Origin: Carpediemonas membranifera BICM
Taxonomy: Eukaryota > Protista > Fornicata
Assembly: GCA_019828565.1 (NCBI GenBank)
Contig: JAHDYR010000001.1
Location: 62,001 to 126,000 of the forward strand
Length of the DNA: 64,000 bases
Direction: 5' to 3'
The position numbers and the translations under genes are program-made. Under the pieces are notes generated by a model, which saw nothing but the letters and a program-made list of their open reading frames with translations, was not told where the DNA came from and ran no database searches. Positions 23,476 through 34,005 of this stretch are shown here, piece after piece; the first letter of the stretch is position 1, and each line of letters starts with the position of its first letter.

Positions 23476-23520
23476 AGTGGAGACGCAGCTGTTTGCACTG
23501 TGCACTCTATGATACTTCAA
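23472..23520 (+). ncRNA. Stem-loop at the stop codon of the second Fanzor remnant (omegaRNA-like)
   Basis: UUGAAGU/ACUUCAA, UGGAG/CUCUA and CGCAG/CUGUG stems. Contains TGTTTGCACTGTGCA (23490-23504), 12/15 identical to TGTTTATACTGCGCA of the first element's 3' end. Confidence 0.45.
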
Positions 23521-23577
23521 CAAAGCGATCCATGTAAAGTTTAAATCTAGTAGTAAGCTATCATATCGCCCCAGGGT

Positions 23578-23919
23578 CTAGCTCCTGAGCAGGAGCTCGA
23601 CGTCCTGGGCCCGGTCTGTGAGGAATGCGGCATTCGTGAGGAGGATGTCCAGCTCGGCCGTGTCGAAGTCCGCAATGATCGTCGAGGAGTGTTCTGTGAC
23701 GAGAGCTGCGCTCGTGGTATCTAGCTCACGCTCATTGTTGGCGATTGAGATGTCCTTGATCAAAGGAACGTTCTTCTGAATGTTTTCACCAACTCTGAAG
23801 AGTCCAACGCTTGGAACCTCATACATGCTTCTCAATCCTTCGTGGATTGCATTCAATCCTGTCTGAAAGCTCACCATTGTCGATTCGTCGCCCAGCATTA
23901 ACATCACATCATGTAACAC
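23578..23919 (-). CDS. BORCS8: BLOC-1-related complex subunit 8 (MEF2BNB-like)
   Basis: Small helical protein with PSVGLFRVGENIQKNVP, resembling the BORCS8 EPSVALYRLQEHVRRSLP motif. Confidence 0.65.
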   Translation of the reverse strand: MLHDVMLMLGDESTMVSFQTGLNAIHEGLRSMYEVPSVGLFRVGENIQKNVPLIKDISIANNERELDTTSAALVTEHSSTIIADFDTAELDILLTNAAFLTDRAQDVELLLRS

Positions 23920-23930
23920 GTAAATTTTAT

Positions 23931-25232
23931 CTACAACATGCCAAGCTTCACTGGCACAACGGTAAGCTCATTCACGCCGGCCGTAATTGCCACAGCGATG
24001 CCCGTTTCACTGAAATCTGGCACGCAGATTATGTCAACCGGCCCCGACTCAGTTTCCATTTCCTCCCTCGCAAACTCTCGACAGTTTCCGAAGATCGCCA
24101 ACCTGGGCAGCTTCTTGAGCACGAATGGATCATGGTCCAGGGCCACCGCATCCAGGCTCTCCGGTGCTGTCGGGCAAATGTGTCCGCAAAGCACGCAGTG
24201 GTGAGCAATGTCGGCGTCACTCAACCCGCAGAACCTGCGGCAGTCAGCGATCGCCTTGCCTGCAGAGACCATTGCCGACACGTGCGAGACGGTGGTGTGG
24301 CTTGGGTTGGGCATCCGTACCGCAGCCTGGGCGCGGGGCAGGAGGAGGTGGGACAGGGGCGGCTGGGGCAGGGCCTGCTGGACTGGGTCAGTCAGGCCGG
24401 GGATGATCGTCGTCGGGAGGTTGGAGGAGACGTCCGCGAGCCACTCGTCGAGCATCTCGGTAGGCGCGGTGAGTTGGCCAAAGACTTTGGTGGAGTCGAG
24501 GTAGGGTTTGTCAAGGACGTCGGGGTGGACCTCCTCCGCGGCCGCGACACTCGACCCGGCGATCACTAGTCTGTCGATCTTTGGGAAGGAGAAGAGTGTG
24601 TTCTTGCCCGCGAGCCACCGTCTGAGGAGGGTGGCAGGGGCCTGTGAGGTCGATGGGCGACCCAGCCTCAGGCCTGAGACCACAAGCGTCGTCTCTGTGG
24701 CCTCAATAGTGTCGTCTGATACTAGCGGGGGCGGGGCAGTCGGGTAGATGAATCTGTTGACAGTAATGGTGTCTGGGGTTGTTTTCACGCCTTGCACGCC
24801 GACCACAAAGCCGGGGATGATGTCATTCACTGTCGCGGTGGTCTCATCGAGGTCGAGTCGGATTCTGCCGGTCTCGTCCTCAATCATGACGGTGTCGTCT
24901 TCGGAGGAGATGTTGGCTGATGGTATGGTGGGCATAGTGAGGTTGAGGAGCTTACCGTAATCGTCAATGGCTGAGACTCGATTGGACATGATCTTGACGA
25001 GAATTCCAACGCATACGACCTCAGTTCCCTCGTGAATGCTGTTCATCTCGAGGAGTCGCTCGAGAAGAGGCCCATCGGCTTCTTTGCACTCGCTCTCCAC
25101 GCGTGTACGGATAGAACTCAGCCTATCACGGTAAATGTTGTGAAATTGCAGCTGTGTTGCCATGTTCACCTTTCGTTCCCGCGCACTCCAGACAACCACG
25201 CAGCTTAACCCCAACGCTACCGGAGACGCCAA
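23931..25232 (-). CDS. POLD2: DNA polymerase delta subunit 2 (start uncertain; ATG at 25163)
   Basis: QFHNIYRDRL, IEDETGRIRL, VVSGLRLG, IIPGLTDP..ALPQPPL, GHICPTAPESL, DPFVL, CVPDFSETG. Confidence 0.93.
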   Translation of the reverse strand: MASPVALGLSCVVVWSARERKVNMATQLQFHNIYRDRLSSIRTRVESECKEADGPLLERLLEMNSIHEGTEVVCVGILVKIMSNRVSAIDDYGKLLNLTMPTIPSANISSEDDTVMIEDETGRIRLDLDETTATVNDIIPGFVVGVQGVKTTPDTITVNRFIYPTAPPPLVSDDTIEATETTLVVSGLRLGRPSTSQAPATLLRRWLAGKNTLFSFPKIDRLVIAGSSVAAAEEVHPDVLDKPYLDSTKVFGQLTAPTEMLDEWLADVSSNLPTTIIPGLTDPVQQALPQPPLSHLLLPRAQAAVRMPNPSHTTVSHVSAMVSAGKAIADCRRFCGLSDADIAHHCVLCGHICPTAPESLDAVALDHDPFVLKKLPRLAIFGNCREFAREEMETESGPVDIICVPDFSETGIAVAITAGVNELTVVPVKLGML

Positions 25233-25390
25233 CCACCCTCAGTCTGGTCAACACGAGTCATATGACATCGAGTGACCTCTCTCGTGCCTGTTCACCTGTC
25301 GTCTTCGCTTCGGATACCGGGACTCTCGCTCTTTCATCATCATCATCATTTGTCAGACCTACCGCACGAAAGCCCTAGTCATTTACTCAT

Positions 25391-25948
25391 TCACTTCTTG
25401 TTCTTCTTGCCCTGGGCCTGCGCCGTCAACCACTGGAGCACCTTCTCGATGTTGTCATTGTTCTTCGCGGAAATGGAGAAGATATCTACGCGGCGGCCCT
25501 GGATCTCGGTCATGGACATTGCCTCGATGACCTCCTCGTTTGACGCGTGCTCGACATCGTTCTTGTTGGCCAAAAGAAGCAGAGGGATGCCCGCCAGCCC
25601 GGGCTTGGAGATAAGGTCGTGAAGCTCGCGCTTGGCGTCAACAAAGGAGGCACCATCGGCCGCATCAACTACGTAGACGATGGCTGTGCATGTCTCGCAG
25701 TAGCGCTCCCACATGGAGCGGAAGCGAGGCTGCCCTCCGATATCCCACATTTTGAACTGAACTTTGCCCTTCTTGACCTTCTTCATGTTGAATCCAACGG
25801 TGGGAATCGTGGAAGAGGCATCAATCCCAGCAATTTGCTGAAGAAGGGTGGTCTTACCGGAATTCTGCAGGCCGACGATTGTCAGCTCCATTTCTTGGCT
25901 GAAAAACGCATTACGGATGCGATCTAGCAGCTTCTGGACGAGAAACAT
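25391..25948 (-). CDS. ARL8: Arf-like GTPase Arl8
   Basis: EMELTIVGLQNSGKTT, IPTVGFNM, WDIGGQPRFRSMWERYC, ANKND. Confidence 0.95.
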   Translation of the reverse strand: MFLVQKLLDRIRNAFFSQEMELTIVGLQNSGKTTLLQQIAGIDASSTIPTVGFNMKKVKKGKVQFKMWDIGGQPRFRSMWERYCETCTAIVYVVDAADGASFVDAKRELHDLISKPGLAGIPLLLLANKNDVEHASNEEVIEAMSMTEIQGRRVDIFSISAKNNDNIEKVLQWLTAQAQGKKNKK

Positions 25949-26251
25949 CAATTAAGCTGCGCGACAAGCTTTGACGATTTGTGCAGGATAAGGTCGAGCT
26001 CTTTGCTGCGGGATTGAGCCGTTTGAAAGGGTGTATACGAATGTATACGGCCCTATTGAAGGAGATTGTTACAGATTGTCTGCTTCATCTTTGGATCAAA
26101 AGAGTATCTCCTCTGATATCTTCAGTTTGACGGGCAAGAATTTCAAAACAAGTCGAATACATCCAACGGAAGCTCTCCTGCCCACTCTCGCCCCTTTCCG
26201 CCAAGTCCCGCCAAGTCGTGCAGTTTACCCATCATAACACGCCACCGTGGA

Positions 26252-27370
26252 ATGTCGCAATTCACGCCGGCACGGAGCTCAAGCCAGCCCCTTTCCATCA
26301 GAACAAACGGTCCGTCGGCCACTGGCTATCAAGACTCTCCGACACAGCTTCGTCTTTCGGTGTTAGAATCAAGAATTGCTCAAAACCTCGAACGCCGCGC
26401 AAATAGCCCTCCTCGCGCACGTACAGCTATGGAGAACACCAAATCAGTCCCTCTTTCTCCCGAAGATTCCTCTCCTGACGGCCCCAATGCCTCGTTTTAC
26501 GAAGCCATCGAAAACCAAGACCAACGCATCGACACCAACGAACAGCGCATCGAAGAGCTCAAGCGCAGCTTTGACCGCCTCACGATGGAGATGGAGAGCG
26601 AGGAATTCAAGCGTCAGAACATGAACTCTACCTTTGCCAAGAACTTCGCCCTCAAGATCGAAGAACGTTTCCTGAAGATCGAAGCCGAGCTCAACTCCCG
26701 CGACAGGGCCGTCACTGACGCTGAGGCCCAGCGTGTGGCCCTTACCAAGGACATTGACTCGACCTTTGAGGCGTTTGAGGCCAGACTGACCGCCCTGGCA
26801 GAGAAAGTCGACGCATCCGAGGCCTCGGTGGCTTCCAGATGGGGTGACTTCGACCAGCGTGTTGAGGCCCTGGCCAAAACTCTCGCCGAGACCAAAGAAG
26901 CCGCCTCGAGCCGCGAGTCTGGCCTCTGGGGCAAGATTTCAGAACAACTCGACGCCATGCGCGACCAGCTCGCCGAAGACCGTATGCGCCAGGCCTCTAT
27001 CGACGACCAGCGCGGTGAGCTGGTGGAACAGGGCATCTCTTTCGTGAAGGAGGGCCAGGAGCAATGGCAGCGTATGTTCGACTACAAGCTCGCCCCGTTC
27101 AAGCAAACGAGGGAGGAGGCAGAGGCCAGGTTCTTCGCTAAGGCAGACGGCGTGGCTGCGGACGTGGCGTCGATCAAGGCGTCGGTTGTCGAGATTTCCA
27201 GCGGCAACAAGCTTGGGGAGCTGAAGGAGGAGGTCAACGCACTGAGCGAGCAGGTGGCCGTCGAGAGGGGCGAGCGGGCCCGGACAGAAGAGCAGGTCTC
27301 GCAGCTGCTTGAGATGCTCGTGGACCGTGACGAGGAGGCCCTCCTCGAGCGTGAGAACGGGCAATTTTAG
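26252..27370 (+). CDS. Coiled-coil protein (possibly cytoskeletal)
   Basis: 372-aa ORF with an S/P-rich head followed by a long heptad-rich E/K/R helix. Confidence 0.7.
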   Translation: MSQFTPARSSSQPLSIRTNGPSATGYQDSPTQLRLSVLESRIAQNLERRANSPPRARTAMENTKSVPLSPEDSSPDGPNASFYEAIENQDQRIDTNEQRIEELKRSFDRLTMEMESEEFKRQNMNSTFAKNFALKIEERFLKIEAELNSRDRAVTDAEAQRVALTKDIDSTFEAFEARLTALAEKVDASEASVASRWGDFDQRVEALAKTLAETKEAASSRESGLWGKISEQLDAMRDQLAEDRMRQASIDDQRGELVEQGISFVKEGQEQWQRMFDYKLAPFKQTREEAEARFFAKADGVAADVASIKASVVEISSGNKLGELKEEVNALSEQVAVERGERARTEEQVSQLLEMLVDRDEEALLERENGQF

Positions 27371-27511
27371 GCCTGGAGGCCAGAGACGTGTATTAATACT
27401 TAAAGATTCCTAACAAGGCGCGGCGAGTGTGTTTACGGGGTATTGAGCCGGGCGGGAGTCAGCAGGTCGGGATCGTCTTCCAGGTCGAGACGATCGCGAC
27501 GAAAATTTCAA

Positions 27512-29122
27512 ATGTCGGCAGCGCTGTCGTCTTGGGAACGGCGTGTTGAAAGAGAGCGCGCTCTTCATGCTAGGAATGCTCATTCTGGAGGAAAAGCTCC
27601 TCTGAGACACCCACCAACGCATGTACAGCAAGGTTCTTATCAGCCGCCAAATGCGCCTGATAGATATGGCCAAGAACTATGGAAGTTCATGCAGAAGCGT
27701 AACATCGCCGAAATTGAGGCGAATTCGCCCCGTGGTGATGGTTCGTTTCAGCCAAAAATCAGTCGACGCTCGCAAGACCTGCAATTCACGGAACCTGCGG
27801 CCGAACGGCTCTATTCTGACGGCATAAGACGCCAGACTGAAGCGCTCACCCGCTCTCCAGAGCCCGATGCCACCTTCACGCCGAAGATCAACAACTACAA
27901 ATTCCGTTCATCTCGCTCCGACACATTCTCCCGCCTCCACGAGAGTGGGAACGCCGCCAAACAACGCGCAGTGGCCGCTTCAACGGAGGAACAGATTGTC
28001 CAGGCGAAGGCCGGGGCCCGAAGCGCTGCGCTTGTCAGACAGACACGGCCCGCCCCAGTTTGGGACAGGCTTGCAGCATCCCCCAAACACAAGGGAGTCG
28101 AGGAGGAGAGCCCAAAGAGACCGCAGAGCGCGTCCGCAGGCTCTGCCCGACTGAGGGGCGACAGGTCGATCGTCAAGGCGTCCGTCGGCATGTACGGCAA
28201 AATCCTCGACCACCGCGCAGCCGAGCGCAGACGTGCCGAGGAAATGGAGCAGCAAGAGTGCACTTTTAGGCCAACCAAGTTCTCGACGCCGAAAGGCGGG
28301 AAGACTGAATCAATCCAGGTCAGAACAAAGCACGCCGTCGAGGAGAAACAGGCACGCCTGCTTAAGGCCCGTGAGCTGAAGCAAGACGACGAGATGCGCG
28401 CCTGCACGTTCTCTCCCGACCTGAACAAGTCCCGCAGCCCCATGCTCCAGCGCGCTTCCTCGGCCTCCGCCTCTCCAGGCCAACACGCCCACCTGCACTC
28501 CCGCGGCCCCTCTTCCGTCACAGAGTCTGATGGCTACGGTTACTCTGCCTCGTCCAACGCCTCTGCCATCGTGGCCAAGGGCCTCACCCGAAGCGGACTG
28601 GGCCTCTTACCGCCCCCGTCGCACGCGATACAGCCCGAGTCGCCCGCGGACCCTGTGGAGTTCGACGGTGACATGGACTCTGAGCCCAAGCGAAGGACCG
28701 GCGCCGAGGTGGGGCTGGGCCGTGGCTTCAAGTCTGTGACTCCACCGACTCGGAGTCCAGTCAAGTCACCAGCCCCGCCGTCATCCTCACCCTCGCCTGT
28801 GAAGAAGAAGAAGGCTGAGCGGACCCCCGAGAAGGCCGAGAAGACGCAGGCTAAGGCCAGTCTTCGCAAGGCGAAGCCGACTGAGGTGATGAACCCGCTT
28901 CTTGCCCTCGCCGCCCAGCACACCAGGGCTACATCCAGCAGGGGCCACGGGTCGAGTGATTCTAGCCTGCCCGACAACTTCGAGGCCACGCTGGAGAAGA
29001 TTGGATCTTTCGTCGATTCGATTCCTCTGGAGCCGCCTGTGCGGCATCATTTGAAGGTCCCGATTGAGGAGATTGCTGAGGAAGAGAAGCGGCTGGAAAT
29101 GGAGCTGAGGATGGTAGGGTGA
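27512..29122 (+). CDS. Low-complexity protein with repeated (C)TFxP motifs (ciliary/cytoskeletal type)
   Basis: SFQPKIS, TFTPKIN, ECTFRP, ACTFSPDLN motifs and RLY/RLH elements. Confidence 0.65.
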   Translation: MSAALSSWERRVERERALHARNAHSGGKAPLRHPPTHVQQGSYQPPNAPDRYGQELWKFMQKRNIAEIEANSPRGDGSFQPKISRRSQDLQFTEPAAERLYSDGIRRQTEALTRSPEPDATFTPKINNYKFRSSRSDTFSRLHESGNAAKQRAVAASTEEQIVQAKAGARSAALVRQTRPAPVWDRLAASPKHKGVEEESPKRPQSASAGSARLRGDRSIVKASVGMYGKILDHRAAERRRAEEMEQQECTFRPTKFSTPKGGKTESIQVRTKHAVEEKQARLLKARELKQDDEMRACTFSPDLNKSRSPMLQRASSASASPGQHAHLHSRGPSSVTESDGYGYSASSNASAIVAKGLTRSGLGLLPPPSHAIQPESPADPVEFDGDMDSEPKRRTGAEVGLGRGFKSVTPPTRSPVKSPAPPSSSPSPVKKKKAERTPEKAEKTQAKASLRKAKPTEVMNPLLALAAQHTRATSSRGHGSSDSSLPDNFEATLEKIGSFVDSIPLEPPVRHHLKVPIEEIAEEEKRLEMELRMVG

Positions 29123-29379
29123 CGCCCTTTCTTTATATTGATATACTGGCACAGTAAATCGATTTCTGATGATGACTTCTCCTTGTTGGCTTTTGGAATA
29201 GAAGCGCGGTTTGTCCGCACGCTTGCAGGCTGTGATGATTGAGAGAGTTCACCACCGCGAGGTTGTTCTTTAAGGTGAAGGGCAAATAGACCCTGAGTGA
29301 TGGTCGTTGCAGCCGTCTTTGGATCAAACACGAGCCTGACTCCGTGCCCATCCAATGAAAGGAATGAAAGAAGCGACAA

Positions 29380-29619
29380 TCAGACTTCTTCTTCAGGATC
29401 CTCAATAAAAGTGTTACGTTCATGCAGATTATCGACTTCTTTCACGATGAAGTCCAGCTGCTTCGGATCAATCAGCAAATGCCGCTCGTCCAGCTCAGCA
29501 CGAATAATACTACGACTACTACCACTAGAGCTTGAAATATGTTGAATGAACTCTTTGATAGACGGGTCTACTTCGATCAAGCAGCCCTGTGTGTTCCGAA
29601 TCGTACTTTCAAGATCCAT
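29380..29619 (-). CDS. TFB5: TFIIH subunit p8/TTDA
   Basis: 79 aa, GCLIEVDPSIKEFI...IIRAELDERHLLI...NTF. Confidence 0.85.
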   Translation of the reverse strand: MDLESTIRNTQGCLIEVDPSIKEFIQHISSSSGSSRSIIRAELDERHLLIDPKQLDFIVKEVDNLHERNTFIEDPEEEV

Positions 29620-29932
29620 TGTCCTTAAACTGCTCGACCAGCCAAAAGTGACGCCAAGGCGCCAAGATGTCAATTCGCCAGGATATGCATTCATGCCATG
29701 CAGGCAGAGCATCGCTAAGACAAGTTGTTTTACAGTCTGATCACCGTGTACAGTTCACAACTACAATTTGGACAACTGGCCATTCTTACTACTCTGCGTC
29801 TGTTCGAGTCATTTAGGTCCAGTTTGTATGTCTCCTTTTTGGGAAACGTGTCCCAATATCTGGATCTACTCGATCTTGACCCGAGAGCATTTTTTGCGGG
29901 TCATTATTCGAAAGCACAGAATATCGTCGCGT

Positions 29933-30646
29933 ATGCGTCTGTTGCGTGTGAACCTTTTCATACTTGCTCTCGTTATCGCTCTAGCCTTTGCGGCTGAAGC
30001 GAAGAACATCGAGCCCGCTTCTTTTGGCGAGGACACTTCCTCCGATGATGGTTCGGGCGTCCTTGGTGGAATCGTTGCCATTTTCTTTGTTATTGTCTAC
30101 TTTGCCATCTGGCTCTTCTTCATGTGTTGGCCTATCCTCATCCTCATTGTAGTGCTCCTCATTGGCGTCATTTGGGAAGTCTTCTGGCTCGTCATGCTTA
30201 TCCGCAGCTTCCGCGGCAAGTACTCCAAGCAGACGACCATCCCCTATGGTATCATTTGCCTCATGCTTTTCCCCTTCGTCTCCGCCGCCGGTATTGGCTT
30301 CATCCTTTTCCTTGTCGGCATCGTTCTCATCATCCTTGGCTGCACCCAGATCGGCCCCAAGAAGGAGGCTGAGAAGCGTGCCGCTGAGATGAGCACGGCC
30401 AACCCCTATGCCCCCCAGCAAGGCTACGGCTACGCACCCAACGCCATGCCCCAGGGATACCCGCCTCAGGGATACCCGCCTCAGGGCTACCCGCCTCAGG
30501 GCTACCCGCCCCAGCCCGGCTACGGACAGGCGCCTATGATGCCCCCTGGCCAGCAGTATAGTCAGCCCGCCTACGGTCAGGCCGGTAATGACCAGAACGG
30601 CTATGGCCAGCCTGGTTTCGGCCAGCCCGACAGTGGTCCTGAGTAA
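29933..30646 (+). CDS. Signal-peptide multi-pass membrane protein with a GYPPQ-repeat tail
   Basis: MRLLRVNLFILALVIALAFA leader, several hydrophobic helices, and (QGYPP)x4 encoded by a 15-bp tandem repeat at about 30452-30514. Confidence 0.75.
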   Translation: MRLLRVNLFILALVIALAFAAEAKNIEPASFGEDTSSDDGSGVLGGIVAIFFVIVYFAIWLFFMCWPILILIVVLLIGVIWEVFWLVMLIRSFRGKYSKQTTIPYGIICLMLFPFVSAAGIGFILFLVGIVLIILGCTQIGPKKEAEKRAAEMSTANPYAPQQGYGYAPNAMPQGYPPQGYPPQGYPPQGYPPQPGYGQAPMMPPGQQYSQPAYGQAGNDQNGYGQPGFGQPDSGPE

Positions 30647-30694
30647 TTGGTATATATACATAAATTGTGGACATGGCAGTGCAAGTGAGGGCGA

Positions 30695-33600
30695 GCGTCA
30701 CTGTGGCGTTCCGCGGCTGGCACGGCGTCGACTCACCCCTGAGCACAATCGACTCGGATGACTTGGTCGTTTTCAAGCATGGAGCGATGATGCCCAAGGT
30801 TCGCGGTTTCCAGCGATTCTCACACAGATGGTGCGTAGCAACAGCAGTAGCCCAGCTGCATCGCGATTCCCTTACACAGCACGCCTGACGCGTTTGATCC
30901 GTCAATTCCACGCTTACACAGCCAGTGGTACGTGTCTAGGCCGCATTCTCACGCAGCAAGGACTGCAGAGCAGTAGATGTACAGATCCGCACCGCAAGAG
31001 CTGAGCGCCCCGGGCCCGAGGGCATCCAGATCCGCAAGCGAGGCGAGACACCAATCACCGTGCAGGACCTCGAGCAGGTCATCCAGTACCTACTCAGCGA
31101 GAGTATAGAACCAGAGACTCTGACGATGGAGCTCACTGAGCCCGCTGTTACCGTCACGATGGTCGATGGCAGACTCGAGGCCGACCATGAGAACAGGGTT
31201 GAGCTCGCGCTAGAAGCGTGGAACACGCGGTCTATGAAACCTATGGAGGCTGGTGAGTGCGTTAGGACACTGACTGGGCACGAATACGTTGTGCACGGTG
31301 CCACCGCCACCTCCGACGGCACCATCATCACTTCATCAGATGATGGCACAATCAAGCTGTGGGACTCGGCCACTGGTCAGTGTATCAGGACCATGACACA
31401 TGGAGGTCAACTCTTATGCGTTGCCGTGTCGCCGGACGGGGCGACCATCGCTTCTGGTGGCGATGACATAAGTATCAAACTCTGGGACGCAGCCACAGGC
31501 CGGCAGACCCAGACACTGAGTGGGCATGATAATTCCGCGCGCTGCCTTGCATTCTCGTCCGATGGCCGCACCCTGGTCTCTGGATCGTATGACAAAACCG
31601 CCAAGGTCTGGGACGTCGAGACAGGGCAGTGCAGGCTGATATTCACAGGGCATTCCAGAGAGGTGATCGGTGTGGCCATCTCCCCTGATGGCTCGACCAT
31701 TTGCACTGGAAGTTGGGACAGCAAGGTCAAGCAGTGGATCGCCACAACTGGCGAATGCATCAGGACCATGGACCATGGTTCCGGTGTCATCACGATTGCC
31801 GTGTCACCCGACGGGGCCATCATCGCATCCGGAGACAATGTTGGCTCAATCAAGTTCTGGGACTCCGCAACTGGCGAGCTGACTCGGACCCTTATTGGGC
31901 ACACCGATATTGTGTGGAGCCTCGCCTTCTCCCCCGACGGCAGGACTCTGGTGTCTGGAGCTGGCGACAACACCATCATGCAGTGGGACGTCGCGACCGG
32001 GGCGCTGATCAGGACGTTCTCGGGGCACAATCATACGGTGGATGGTGTCGCGTTCTCCCGAGACGGCACCACGATCGTGTCTGGATCCAGCGACACGACA
32101 GCCAAGGTCTGGAGCGCACTCACCCGCACCCCCCAGTTCCTGGCCACCGTCAACCAGCTCTGCTCCAGCCCAGTCACCCCCGACGCCGACATCACCGTCG
32201 ACCCTGACGACTCAGAAGTACTCATCAGCGACACCGCTCGCATCCTCCTCCACTTCCTCGCCACTGGTCTGCCCCGCTCCTTCACGATGACGCTGACCCG
32301 CCCCGCCGCCAGAGTCTGGCTGGAGGACAAGTTCGCCAAGATAGACTCCAAGGACGCCGAGCTGGCCAAGCTCATCAAGCTCTTCAACGAATGCAGGTGC
32401 GATCAGATTGTCACTGACTTCTGCTCGGGCGCCGTCTCGACGTTGTCCTGGTTGACGCGTCTATCGGCCAGCTGAGGCAGGTCGCCTCTCGCGTGGCCTC
32501 ATCGCAGGTCGCCCCACGAGATCTCCGCATCGCCATGGCCGACCCGATTTCGTCCATGATCAGAATGGCGGGTGGACTGTTTGTGGCCGAAGGTCCGCAT
32601 AATGATGCCGTTGACGCAATCACATCACTGGCGAACTGCAACGCCAGACTCAGGGTGGAGCTCTCTGAGGCGAGTACAGAACTGTCTTGGGCGAGGACAA
32701 AACTCTCTGACGCGAGGACCACCATTTCGTCTCTCCAGGCCATGGTGACCTTCGCCGCTGCCGACCAGGCTGCTGGGCTGAGCGCCACGCTCGAGGGCCA
32801 CCCCCTGCTCTCGGTCGCCATGCCAACACCTGACACTGACGACACTCCGTCGCCCGCTGGTCTCATCAGCCGACTCGGCCAGGCCAGACGCCACCCAGAG
32901 ACCCGCATCATCGAGTACGAGGCGGTCATCGCCCAGGCCAGGGCCGGGGTCGAGGCGCTCGAGGCCAGGATCGCCGCTGTCAGCGCTGCCTACCAGGCGG
33001 CCTCGGCCATCGTCGACGGCGCCGCCGCCTTCGAGTCTCTCCCCTCGCTCGACGAGATGGCCCGCATGCTCGAGGCCGCTGACAACGAGGTCGTCGACTT
33101 CCCCACCCTCGCGCCCGAGCTGCAGGCCAGGTACGCCACGCTCCGCGCCTTCCTCCAGCCGGCCGTCCGCGTGACGTGGCAGTGTGCCCTCAGTCGGAAG
33201 GAGCTTGGCGAGGACACGAGCGCTGAGGAGCGCACCATTCGCCAGTTGACTGGCCTGGCCGCCGAGGCTGAGGTCCACCTGGCTGGGTTCGCCGAGGCCG
33301 ACGCCATCACTGCGCAGCTCCGGTCGCTGGGCGACTACCAGACCTGAAGAGCAAGGCCGAGGAGCTCGAAGAGGATGTCGACTTCTTCAGCAGGAAACGC
33401 AAACACGGCGTCGGCAAGCTTGACGAAGCGCAGAAGGAACTAGACTCCGTCAAAGTCAAGCTGGCACACATGAAGGATGTTCTTTCCCGCCGCACGCCGC
33501 AGCTCGTCCGGCTCTGCCCCGAGCTGGAGGCCCTCACCGCGCCGTCGGCCAGCCTCTTCGCCGAGCTGCGCGAGATGGGGCTGGCCCACCTCATGGACCT

Positions 33601-33972
33601 CCCCGAGATGCGCGCCGACCTGTCGCTGTCCGACTTCGCCGTCGAGTCGACCGTCAGCGAGAACAGAGCGCTGTGCCAGATCGTGACCCGCGACGGCCAG
33701 ACCTTCTTCGCCAAGACCTTCAAGCTCGACACCGAGCACCAGCGCAAGCTCTGCGACCGCGAGGCGGGCATCCTGTCGCGCATGGCGCACAGCCCCGCTG
33801 CGCCCAAGCTGCACTTCGTCCTCGTCGACAGCGCCGAGCAGACCTGCACGATCGTCATGGAGCGCCTCGAGCGCCATCTGCGCGACGCCCCAGCCGACTC
33901 GCCCGACAGCCTGCGCAGACTGCTCCACGGCCTGCTCACCGCGATCCACGACCTGCACAGCGCGGGCGTCTG

Positions 33973-34005
<33 letters not shown>

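Noticed and set aside
23516-23520. TTCAA after the hairpin, like an IS200/IS605 right-end cleavage site
   Set aside because: A five-base match with no Y1 transposase and no matching left end; not supportable.
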